From NCBI GenBank assembly GCA_964437815.1, contig CAYTIE010000004.1, positions 110 to 64,109 on the forward strand: DNA of 64,000 nt, read 5' to 3'. A model generated the notes under the pieces. That model searched no databases, was not told the origin of the DNA, and saw only the letters and a list, made by a program, of their open reading frames with translations. Position 1 is the stretch's first letter; the number at the start of each line of letters is the position of its first letter. This DNA is from an uncultured Flavobacteriaceae bacterium (lineage in GTDB: Bacteria > Bacteroidota > Bacteroidia > Flavobacteriales > Flavobacteriaceae). Positions 17,200 through 26,086 of the stretch are shown here, one piece after another. A program made the translations under genes and the position numbers.

Positions 17200-17643
17200 A
17201 TGAAAATACGAGAGGCAAAGAGTTCCGATATAAATCAACTATCAAAATTATTTAATTCCTATAGAATGTTTTACGGGAAAGAGTCTAATATAGATATCTC
17301 TAAAGAATTTTTAGACTCTAGAATAATAAATAAAGACTCAATAATTTATGTTTGTGAAGTAAGAAATAATATTATTGGTTTTGTTCAGTTATATCCACTT
17401 TTTTCATCAACTAGAGTTAGTAAATATTGGCTATTGAATGATTTATTTGTTGATGTTAAAGAAAGAGGAAACGGATACTCTAAACTACTTATTGAGAGAG
17501 CTAAAAAATTAGTTATTGAGTCAAAAGCCTGTGGTATGATGTTAGAAACTGAGAAGTCAAATAATATCGGCAATAAGTTATATCCAATAACAGGTTTTAA
17601 AATGAACGAATTATCTAATTTTTACGAATGGACTCCTAATTAA
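17200..17643 (+). CDS. GNAT-family N-acetyltransferase
   Basis: 147 aa. Acetyl-CoA binding region VDVKERGNGYSKLLIERA (Q/RxxGxG/A-like). Confidence 0.8.
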   Translation: MKIREAKSSDINQLSKLFNSYRMFYGKESNIDISKEFLDSRIINKDSIIYVCEVRNNIIGFVQLYPLFSSTRVSKYWLLNDLFVDVKERGNGYSKLLIERAKKLVIESKACGMMLETEKSNNIGNKLYPITGFKMNELSNFYEWTPN

Positions 17644-18979
17644 TTTTAATAGGATGAGATCCAAAATAATTTCTTTGTGCTTGAATTAGTTTAGTACTTA
17701 AAGAAGGATTTGAAATTTGATTAAAATAATTTAATCCTTCATTAAAGCATGGAATAGATACATCATTTTTTAGTGAGCTTGATAAAGTATCTATCAAATT
17801 AGGTTTTAATTCACCTAGATCCTTAAATATTTTTTTATCGCTTAAAATATCTTCAACTGAGTAACCTTTGAATAGAGAATTAATTAAGTTAGATTTTATA
17901 ATACTTCCATTTGACCAAACATTTAATGCTTCAGAAATACTAATATTCCATCCATAATTTTTATTTGCAGAATTAATCAAAGAAAATGCTTGAATAAAAT
18001 TAATTAACCTACAAAAATTGTAAGCCTTGCTTAATGAATCAATATCTATTTCATAATTTCTATGACTTTCTTTTATTGTTTCACTAATCTTTTTTCTATC
18101 ATCCTTACCCTTTGAAATAAATCTTGAATCAAGAGCTGCATTCAACATGCTAACTGAACATCCAAGCTCAACTGCATAGTTTAGCATCCATCTTCCGGTT
18201 CCATTATCATCTGCTTCATCGTCAATTCTATCAATCAAATATTTATCATCTGTTTTTTCTAAAATTTTACTTATCGATATTTCAAGAAGATAGCTTTGCA
18301 TCTCTGAATTATTCCATTTTTCAAAAATTTTCGCAATCTCTTCATAATTATATTTTTTGGAATTGATCATTAGATAGTATGCTGAAGAGATAAGCTGCAT
18401 TTCAACATATTCAATACCATTATGAATCATTTTAACAAAATGCCCTTGATTGGAATCTCCAAAGAATTTAAAGCTTTGAGAATTATCTATTGTTTTTGAT
18501 GTTATAAGAGAAAAAATATTTTTTATTTCATCATAGGCTTTAATATCCCCTCCTATCATAATAGAAGGCCCCTCAAGAACTCCTTTAACTCCTCCAGATA
18601 CTCCCATACCTAGATAAAATAAATTTTTTGATTTAATCTTTTGATGATTGTTAAGGCTTACACCTGGGTTGGTATTACCTCCATCAATTATTATATCATT
18701 TGAGTCAAGATTTTCGATTAGGTAAGAAATAACTTCATTAGACGGTCTTCCTGAAGGAACAAAAATTATAATTTTCCTTGGCTTAGAAATTGAATTAACA
18801 AATTCAACTAAATCATCATAAATTAATGATGATTTTAATTCAGGATAAACATTACTTAAATCATTATCAGATTTAATAAAATTTTTATCATATAAAGATA
18901 CTTGGATACCTTTTGATGACATATTTCTTGCCATACTAGTACCTATTCTTCCAACTCCAATTATTCCAAAATCATTCAT
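17636..18979 (-). CDS. gnd: 6-phosphogluconate dehydrogenase (decarboxylating)
   Basis: 447 aa. The N-terminal Rossmann FGIIGVGRIGTSMA and the MIHNGIEYVEMQLI block typical of 6PGDH. Confidence 0.88.
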   Translation of the reverse strand: MNDFGIIGVGRIGTSMARNMSSKGIQVSLYDKNFIKSDNDLSNVYPELKSSLIYDDLVEFVNSISKPRKIIIFVPSGRPSNEVISYLIENLDSNDIIIDGGNTNPGVSLNNHQKIKSKNLFYLGMGVSGGVKGVLEGPSIMIGGDIKAYDEIKNIFSLITSKTIDNSQSFKFFGDSNQGHFVKMIHNGIEYVEMQLISSAYYLMINSKKYNYEEIAKIFEKWNNSEMQSYLLEISISKILEKTDDKYLIDRIDDEADDNGTGRWMLNYAVELGCSVSMLNAALDSRFISKGKDDRKKISETIKESHRNYEIDIDSLSKAYNFCRLINFIQAFSLINSANKNYGWNISISEALNVWSNGSIIKSNLINSLFKGYSVEDILSDKKIFKDLGELKPNLIDTLSSSLKNDVSIPCFNEGLNYFNQISNPSLSTKLIQAQRNYFGSHPIKIN

Positions 18980-19462
18980 TTATAATTTAGATTTTATTAA
19001 ATCAACAATTACTTGTGGCTTATCCTTAATATCTATAAAAGTACAATAATCAGGATATTCGATAATATCAAATTGACTTTGCAACATATCAGGGTTAAAA
19101 AAATGTTTCTTTCTTTTCTCAAGTCTTTCTTTGATTAGATTAAAGTCTCCTTTTAAACAAAACCAAAATATATCAACATCAATTTCTTTAATTAACCTTT
19201 TTCTATATTTCTCTTTTAATGCAGAGCATGCAAGCACAATATTTTTTCTTTTCGAATTTTTTATTTCAGTATTTATATTATCAAGCCATAATTCTCTATC
19301 TAAATCATTTAGCGGGGTCTTATTTTTCATCTTATTAATATTATCATTTGAATGAAAATAATCACCTTCAATAAAATGAAATTGTAAATCTTCAGATAAT
19401 CTTTTTCCAATGATAGACTTACCGCAACCACTTACCCCAAATAATACTATAATTTTTTGCAT
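18980..19462 (-). CDS. gntK: Gluconokinase
   Basis: 160 aa. P-loop GVSGCGKS followed by IEGDYFHS, the hallmark of the GntK/IdnK family. No intergenic gap to gnd. Confidence 0.85.
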   Translation of the reverse strand: MQKIIVLFGVSGCGKSIIGKRLSEDLQFHFIEGDYFHSNDNINKMKNKTPLNDLDRELWLDNINTEIKNSKRKNIVLACSALKEKYRKRLIKEIDVDIFWFCLKGDFNLIKERLEKRKKHFFNPDMLQSQFDIIEYPDYCTFIDIKDKPQVIVDLIKSKL

Positions 19463-19466
19463 TTAA

Positions 19467-20351
19467 TTATATCTGAAAAGATTTAAAATCAGTAAAATCA
19501 GAACTTATTTGACTTTCAAAATCAAATATAGTAAAGAAACCTCCACCTCCTGAACCACAGAGTTTCATGAAATATGAATTGGTTTTTAGCCCAAACTCCC
19601 ACTTCTCTTTTATTTGATTTGGTATCATCTCTTGAAAATTTTTGAATGTAATATCAGATAATTCTTTAATTGAATCTTGAAAGGAACTTGAATTATTTAA
19701 AAGATTATCAATACAAACATTAGTTTTATTAATAAATACATTATTGAAAAAATTACTAAAATCGTTGTTGTTCATTTTCTTGTTAAATATCTCAATCATT
19801 TCTTTAGTTGAAGCATTTATGTTACTATCAACTAAATAAATCGTACAGTCTTTATAATCTATATGATCTAGTAGTTTGATTTTTTGATTTGAAAGAAGAA
19901 TAGACTTATTATAAAAAGAGACAAGAGGATCAAGTCCAGAAGATTTACCATGAAATTTAGATTCAATAATTGATAAAATATTTTTAATATCTTCTATTTG
20001 CAAATTATTGATCTCTGTTCTTAAATACTTATGAAATATTGAAGCAACTAATGCACCGCTACTTCCAAGTCCAGATGCTACAGGGATATTACTATCAAAG
20101 TGAAGGCCTAATTCTAAATCGTTTTTTAAGCCTTGAATATCAATTACACCATTAATAATATTATTATCGTAGATAAAACGATACAATTCAATCAGTTTAT
20201 CATTAGATTTTTTTTGATTTTGATTCAATTTTGTAGACTTTTTAAGAGATCCAAAAAATTCTTTAAATGGAATTGATAATGCATTAGAGTTTGAGATAAT
20301 TCCATACTCACCAAACAGTAAGACTTTTGAATAAAAATTTTTATTTTCCAT
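19467..20351 (-). CDS. GHMP-family kinase, probable mevalonate kinase
   Basis: 294 aa. LLFGEYGII at the N terminus and the GHMP motif PVASGLGSSGALVAS. 1-nt overlap with the mevalonate diphosphate decarboxylase gene. Confidence 0.6.
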   Translation of the reverse strand: MENKNFYSKVLLFGEYGIISNSNALSIPFKEFFGSLKKSTKLNQNQKKSNDKLIELYRFIYDNNIINGVIDIQGLKNDLELGLHFDSNIPVASGLGSSGALVASIFHKYLRTEINNLQIEDIKNILSIIESKFHGKSSGLDPLVSFYNKSILLSNQKIKLLDHIDYKDCTIYLVDSNINASTKEMIEIFNKKMNNNDFSNFFNNVFINKTNVCIDNLLNNSSSFQDSIKELSDITFKNFQEMIPNQIKEKWEFGLKTNSYFMKLCGSGGGGFFTIFDFESQISSDFTDFKSFQI

Positions 20352-21424
20352 TAAGTCATCTTTTTTGGGCCATTACCAACTTGATCTTCGATATATTTAT
20401 TTGATGAACAATAGTTTGCTAGTTCTATATTAACAAAATCTGAAACTTTATTTTTTATATTATTTGGGTAAAGCAAATGTACATTTGAACCTGCATCCAA
20501 TGTAAAACATACAGGGAGTTTAGTTTCAGATCTAAACTCAGTAATCTTAGATATAACTTTCAAAGTATTTGGTTTCATAAGGATATAGCTAGGGTTTGAT
20601 GTTAACATTAGAGAATGTATCATTAAAGCTTCAGATTCTGTAATACTTATAAAACCATCTAGATCTCCAACTTTTAATATTTCTTTGAGATCTATAATAT
20701 TTTTTCTCGCTATTTGATAACGTTCACTTGAAAATGGATTTTTATTCATTAATTCATGACCCTCACTGCTTGATATCTTTTTTTGTCCTGGATCTATTAT
20801 TAAAATAGTGTCATTAAATTCTTTAAATATTTCATGAGTTTGACTGGAGATATCTGTTCCAAATAAATCACTACTATTTTTATAGGATTTTGACTCTCCC
20901 CAAATTACGATTGGTCCATATAAACTTCTTGATGCACTTCCAGATCCAATTCTAGCTATGAATGATGCCTTTTTATAAAAAAATTCCTCAGACATTGTTG
21001 TATTCCCCATCTTCTCAAAATCAACTAAACAAGCTGACAGAGCTGCCATTGAAGAAGCTGATGAAGCAATACCACTACTATGTGGAAAGGTATTATTAGA
21101 CTTTATTTCTAAATCATGATTTTTAATAAATGGAAAGAATTTTTCAATTTTATTTAAAAACATACGGGTTTTGTTTTCGAAAGACTTATTTTTTAGTCCT
21201 TCAAATTCAAAGTTCAAATTTGAAGTTCTGTTATTTTTAGGTTTTAACGAAAGGGTTGTATTTGTTATTGACTTATTTAATGTTAAACTAATTGAAGGAT
21301 TCTGAGGAATTTGATTTTCTAGCTTTCCCCAGTATTTTACTATAGCTATATTGCTTGGTGCAGTCCATTTAACAATACCCTCTAATTTAATTTCTTTGGA
21401 ATAGATAAAATCTTTTTCATTCAT
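20351..21424 (-). CDS. mvaD: Diphosphomevalonate decarboxylase
   Basis: 357 aa. APSNIAIVKYWGK and GIASSASSMAALS motifs. Confidence 0.88.
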   Translation of the reverse strand: MNEKDFIYSKEIKLEGIVKWTAPSNIAIVKYWGKLENQIPQNPSISLTLNKSITNTTLSLKPKNNRTSNLNFEFEGLKNKSFENKTRMFLNKIEKFFPFIKNHDLEIKSNNTFPHSSGIASSASSMAALSACLVDFEKMGNTTMSEEFFYKKASFIARIGSGSASRSLYGPIVIWGESKSYKNSSDLFGTDISSQTHEIFKEFNDTILIIDPGQKKISSSEGHELMNKNPFSSERYQIARKNIIDLKEILKVGDLDGFISITESEALMIHSLMLTSNPSYILMKPNTLKVISKITEFRSETKLPVCFTLDAGSNVHLLYPNNIKNKVSDFVNIELANYCSSNKYIEDQVGNGPKKMT

Positions 21425-21440
21425 TCTGAAAAAATAAAAA

Positions 21441-22493
21441 TTAGTTTATTTTACTAATATTAATTCTCTTAGCTTCTTTTTTACTTCCATCAAAACCTTC
21501 TACACCACTAATAGTAGTATATCTTAATGTTTTTTTCTTACCAGGGTTTAATAGATTATATGCACTGTGACACATTACAGCAGCCTCATGAAAACCACTT
21601 AAAATTAAATTAAGTTTTCCAGGATAAGTATTCACATCGCCTATTGCATATATTCCTTTAATATTTGTTTGATAGTCAAGAGCATTATTAACTCTAATAG
21701 CATTATTTTCAATTTCTAAACCCCAATCTTTAATTGGTCCAAGCTTTGGGACTAAACCAAATAATGGAATAAAAAAATCAACTTTAATTTCCTTAGATTT
21801 TCCATCACTGTCAATAAGAACTGATTCAAGTTTTGAAGATCCTTTAAGAGAAATTACTTCAGCAGGTGTTAAAACCTCAATTTGCCCCTTATTCTTTAAG
21901 TTTTGAACATTTGATACAGACTCATCTGCTCCTCTAAATTCATTCCTTCTATGAATAAGAATTACTTTTTTAGCAATATTAGATAGAAATAAAGTCCAAT
22001 CTAATGCAGAATCTCCTCCTCCAGCAATTAAGACAATCTTATCTTTATATTTTTCAGGATCTTTGACCAAATAATCAACCCCTTTATCTTCAAAGTTTCC
22101 AAGATTATCTAAATTAGGTTTCCTTGGAGTAAAAGTACCTAGACCTCCTGCAATTGCTATAATTTTAGATTCATGTTTTGTTCCCTTATCTGTAGTTACA
22201 ATAAAAGAGCCTTCACTTGTTTTTTCTAATTTAATTGCAGTTTCCCCAAGAGTGTAACCTGGATTAAAAGGTTTAATTTGATCTAAAAGCTTTTTGATTA
22301 AATCACCAGCAAGAATTTCAGGATATGCTGGTATATCATATATTGGTTTCTTTGGATATAACTCAATACACTGCCCACCTGGTTGAGCTAAAGAATCTAA
22401 AATATGACATTTCATTTTTAGTAAACCTGCTTCAAAAACAGAAAACAGTCCAGTTGGCCCTCCTCCTATAATTAAAATATCTGTCTTAATCAT
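21441..22493 (-). CDS. Thioredoxin-reductase-like ferredoxin-NADP+ reductase (FAD/NAD(P) oxidoreductase)
   Basis: 350 aa. IIGGGPTG and IAGGGDSALDW dinucleotide-binding motifs. No CxxC redox pair, consistent with a YumC-type FNR. Confidence 0.7.
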   Translation of the reverse strand: MIKTDILIIGGGPTGLFSVFEAGLLKMKCHILDSLAQPGGQCIELYPKKPIYDIPAYPEILAGDLIKKLLDQIKPFNPGYTLGETAIKLEKTSEGSFIVTTDKGTKHESKIIAIAGGLGTFTPRKPNLDNLGNFEDKGVDYLVKDPEKYKDKIVLIAGGGDSALDWTLFLSNIAKKVILIHRRNEFRGADESVSNVQNLKNKGQIEVLTPAEVISLKGSSKLESVLIDSDGKSKEIKVDFFIPLFGLVPKLGPIKDWGLEIENNAIRVNNALDYQTNIKGIYAIGDVNTYPGKLNLILSGFHEAAVMCHSAYNLLNPGKKKTLRYTTISGVEGFDGSKKEAKRINISKIN

Positions 22494-22504
22494 CCGGATA
22501 TTAA

Positions 22505-22738
22505 TTATACTGAGTTTACTTCTTCAATATGAGGCACATGTTTTTTAATTATTGTCTCTACTCCTAGTTTAAGTGTCATTTGGTTTACTGTACAATCAAT
22601 ACATGCACCATGAAGTTTTACATTTACAATTCTATTATCAGAAATTGACTCCAAAGAAATATCACCCCCATCTTTTTCCAAGAAAGGCCTTATTTCGTCT
22701 AATGCTATTAATACTTTTTCTTCTATTTCCTTTGTCAT
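22505..22738 (-). CDS. NifU-like (Nfu C-terminal domain) Fe-S cluster protein
   Basis: 77 aa with LHGACIDC (CxxC) in a NifU-C-like context. Confidence 0.75.
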   Translation of the reverse strand: MTKEIEEKVLIALDEIRPFLEKDGGDISLESISDNRIVNVKLHGACIDCTVNQMTLKLGVETIIKKHVPHIEEVNSV

Positions 22739-23874
22739 ATTTTTTTCTTAACTGCTGAACACCCTACTAAATTAGTAATTTTAACAATCTTAGTAGGTGG
22801 TAATTCACTATTTCTTTTTATCAACTCCTCTACAAGAAGCTTAGAGATTTCTCTAAATTTATTTTCAATTACTGAATCCTCCTGAAGCGAACCAGGCCTC
22901 CCATAGTCAGAAGCTTCTCTAAGACTAGTAAATATTGGTATCTCTCCTAAAAAATTAATATCTAAATCTTTAGCAAGATATCTTACTCCACTTTCTCCAA
23001 AAATAAAATGTTTAATTTTTGGTTTGTCATTTGATGTGAAGTATGACATGTTTTCAACTAGACCAAGAATTGGGACATTAATAGCTTCTTGTTGAAACAT
23101 CTTAATACCTCTTCTAGCATCAGCTAATGCAACATTTTGGGGTGTACTGATTATTACAGCTCCAGTTATTGGAATAGATTGAACTAAACTAAGATGTATA
23201 TCTCCAGTCCCAGGAGGTAAATCCAAAAATAAGAAATCTAATTCTCCCCAATTAGTGTCAAAAATCATTTGTTTAAGAGCTTTTGAAGCCATCGGACCTC
23301 TCCAAACTACAGCTTCATCAAGTTTTGTAAAAAACCCTATTGACATTAATTTGATCCCATAACTTTCTATAGGCTCGATTTTTGAAACATCATCAATTTT
23401 AACAGATTTAGGAACATATCCCTCAACATCTAACATTGTGGGAATAGATGGACCATATATATCTGTATCTAGTATTCCTACTTTACATCCCATTTTAGCT
23501 AACATTGCAGCTGTGTTAACAGTAAAAGTAGATTTTCCAACACCTCCTTTAGCTGAAGAAATTGCAATTATTGAATCAACTCCTGACAAACCCTTTTTAA
23601 CACTCTCAACCTTAGGTTGGACCTCTTTTTTAATTTTAGTATTAAATTTAATTTTTGCCTTACTATTAATTTTTTGATGTATTATGTTGACTATTTCTCC
23701 TTCCAACTTTTTTCTTGCTTGGAGGGTTGGATTATTCATAATTAAATCAATATCTACCTCCATATCAAATACCATTATGTTAGATATAACACCAGATTTT
23801 ATAATATTATCTTTCGAACCTGATGAGTATATATCCTCTAATACTTTTGAAATAGTTTTATTATCTAACTTCAT
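22735..23874 (-). CDS. Mrp/NBP35/ApbC-family Fe-S cluster carrier ATPase
   Basis: 379 aa. N-terminal DUF59-like region and deviant Walker A SSAKGGVGKST. Confidence 0.88.
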   Translation of the reverse strand: MKLDNKTISKVLEDIYSSGSKDNIIKSGVISNIMVFDMEVDIDLIMNNPTLQARKKLEGEIVNIIHQKINSKAKIKFNTKIKKEVQPKVESVKKGLSGVDSIIAISSAKGGVGKSTFTVNTAAMLAKMGCKVGILDTDIYGPSIPTMLDVEGYVPKSVKIDDVSKIEPIESYGIKLMSIGFFTKLDEAVVWRGPMASKALKQMIFDTNWGELDFLFLDLPPGTGDIHLSLVQSIPITGAVIISTPQNVALADARRGIKMFQQEAINVPILGLVENMSYFTSNDKPKIKHFIFGESGVRYLAKDLDINFLGEIPIFTSLREASDYGRPGSLQEDSVIENKFREISKLLVEELIKRNSELPPTKIVKITNLVGCSAVKKKI

Positions 23875-23937
23875 TTTTAATAATATCTATAAAGATACTG
23901 TTAACTAGGAATTTAAAAGATTTTAATATTGAAAAAA

Positions 23938-24255
23938 TTACTCTGGTTTCCAAAATTTAATTTCAAACTCTTGTACTTGATTATCTATTACATTGATACC
24001 TTCATTTTGGAGTAATTGCTCCATTAAATCATGGCCAAAAAAATGATGTTTCCCAGTTAATAGTCCATTTCTGTTAACTACCCTATGAGCTGGAATTGAT
24101 GAATCATTATGAGAAGAATTAAGTGCCCATCCTACAACTCTTGAACTAGAAGGTGATCCAATAAATTTTGCTATTGCTCCATATGTTGTCACTCGACCAA
24201 ATGGTATTTTTCTTACAACCCTATAAACTTTTTTGTAAAAATCATCCTCTACCAT
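23938..24255 (-). CDS. Alkyltransferase-like (ATL) protein / MGMT DNA-binding-domain protein lacking the acceptor cysteine
   Basis: FGRVTTYGAIA ... IPAHRVVN, that is PAHRV instead of the PCHRV of O6-alkylguanine transferases. The start is trimmed to the internal ATG (MVEDDFY...) because the longer ORF would overlap the kinase gene. Confidence 0.7.
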   Translation of the reverse strand: MVEDDFYKKVYRVVRKIPFGRVTTYGAIAKFIGSPSSSRVVGWALNSSHNDSSIPAHRVVNRNGLLTGKHHFFGHDLMEQLLQNEGINVIDNQVQEFEIKFWKPE

Positions 24256-24268
24256 AAATTCATTATTC

Positions 24269-25324
24269 TTAAGCTTTAAAATGTTCAAGAGTAAAAGAAA
24301 AAGTAGTTCCTTTGCTAAGTTCACTTTCAACAAAAATATTTTCATTATGGGCTTCAATAATATGCTTAACAATTGATAGGCCTAATCCAGAACCTCCTTT
24401 TTTTCTTGATCTAGTAGGATCAACCCTATAAAATCTTTCAAATAGTCTAGGAAGGTGCTCTTGAGAAACCCCTATACCATTATCAGAGATTCTTACCAAA
24501 ATTTTATCATTAGATCTTGCTAATGAAACCTCTGTTCTTCCACCTTCAACACCATATTTTAAAGAGTTTACTAGTAAGTTAGTTAGAACCTGTAATATTC
24601 TTTCTTCATCTGCAAATACATAAATTGGACTAAAATAATTTTTATCATATACTAGTGATATATTACTTTTTTCTGATTCAATCTCAATTAAATCAAAAAC
24701 ATTTTGTACTAATTCTACAATATCAAATTTCTTCTTATCTACTATTTTGATTCCAGATTCAAATTGAGTAATTAAATCAAGATCTAATACAATATTTATT
24801 AACCTGTCTACTCCCTTTGCAGCTCTTTTAAGATATTTATCTCGAACACTTTTATCTTTTAATGCCCCATCTAGTAATGTTAAAATATAGCCTTGAATTG
24901 TAAACAGAGGAGTTTTTAGTTCGTGTGAAACATTTCCAAGAAATTCTTTTCTATATGAGTCCTGATCTTTTAAAACATTTATCTCTGTTGTTCTTTCTTG
25001 AATCAATTTAATTAAATCCAAAGTAGCGGCATCTAGATTCAAATTAGAAATATCATTATTTAGGGTTGAATCCTTTGAAATTTCTTTAATTAATCTAATA
25101 ATATCTTTTTTAACAACTCTTTCAATATTCCATTGAATAATGAGAAAAAATATTAAAAAGAAGAAAAACAAAAAGGCTAGATATTCTAATTTAAAATCTA
25201 ATAGAATAAAATTTTCATTAATTATTGACTCAGAAATAAAATAAAGTAGAGCAAATATTGATGTAATTAGTAATGATAATCTTAAAGAATACTTATACCT
25301 ATTAAGTTTTAATAAAAAACTCAT
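24269..25324 (-). CDS. Sensor histidine kinase (two TM, HisKA + HATPase_c)
   Basis: 351 aa. H-box VSHELKTPL, N-box LLVNSLKY, G-boxes DNGIGV and GGSGLGLSIV. Confidence 0.9.
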   Translation of the reverse strand: MSFLLKLNRYKYSLRLSLLITSIFALLYFISESIINENFILLDFKLEYLAFLFFFFLIFFLIIQWNIERVVKKDIIRLIKEISKDSTLNNDISNLNLDAATLDLIKLIQERTTEINVLKDQDSYRKEFLGNVSHELKTPLFTIQGYILTLLDGALKDKSVRDKYLKRAAKGVDRLINIVLDLDLITQFESGIKIVDKKKFDIVELVQNVFDLIEIESEKSNISLVYDKNYFSPIYVFADEERILQVLTNLLVNSLKYGVEGGRTEVSLARSNDKILVRISDNGIGVSQEHLPRLFERFYRVDPTRSRKKGGSGLGLSIVKHIIEAHNENIFVESELSKGTTFSFTLEHFKA

Positions 25325-25326
25325 TG

Positions 25327-26013
25327 TTATTGATTAACAAATTTATAACCAACCCCTTTTACAGTTTTAAAATAACCATCCCCTATTTTTTCTCTTAGTT
25401 TCCTCATATGAACATCAATCGTTCTATCTCCTACAACAACATCAGTACCCCAGATAGATTGCATAATTTTATGTCTTTTAAATACTTTCTCAGGTTTAGA
25501 GGCTAATAAGTATAAAAGTTCAAATTCCTTTCTAGGAAGTAAAAGGGGTTTTCCAGAAATTTTCACCTTATACTCATCTCTGTCTATTACTAAATTTCCA
25601 ATCTCTAAAACTGATTCCAAAACACTTTCTTTTTTTAACCTTCTTAAAAGACCTTTTACTTTAGATAAAAAAACTTTTGGTTTTACAGGTTTGGTAATAT
25701 AATCATCTGCACCAGCATCATAGGCCGCAACATGAGAATAATCTTCTCCTCGTGCAGTTAGAAACATAATTATAGTATCATTAAATAGAGGATTTTTTCT
25801 AATAATATCACAAGCTTCTATTCCATCCATATGAGGCATCATAATATCCATGATAATTAAATTGGGAATCTCCTTTTCTGCCTTTTTTATGGCAGATTTA
25901 CCATCCTTTGCAGATAAAACTTGATAACCTTCTTGAGATAGATTATACCTTAAAATTTCGATAATATCAGGCTCATCATCAACCAAAAGAATTTTAATAT
26001 CTGATTTTTTCAT
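25327..26013 (-). CDS. OmpR/PhoB-family response regulator
   Basis: 228 aa. A receiver domain (ILLVDDEPD, MDIMMP) and a winged-helix output (TVKGVGYKF). Confidence 0.92.
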   Translation of the reverse strand: MKKSDIKILLVDDEPDIIEILRYNLSQEGYQVLSAKDGKSAIKKAEKEIPNLIIMDIMMPHMDGIEACDIIRKNPLFNDTIIMFLTARGEDYSHVAAYDAGADDYITKPVKPKVFLSKVKGLLRRLKKESVLESVLEIGNLVIDRDEYKVKISGKPLLLPRKEFELLYLLASKPEKVFKRHKIMQSIWGTDVVVGDRTIDVHMRKLREKIGDGYFKTVKGVGYKFVNQ

Positions 26014-26086
26014 TAAGTTTAATCAATTTAAAGAAAATGTATAATATTTATCTAATATTAAGGATTTAATCACAAAAAATACTCGA

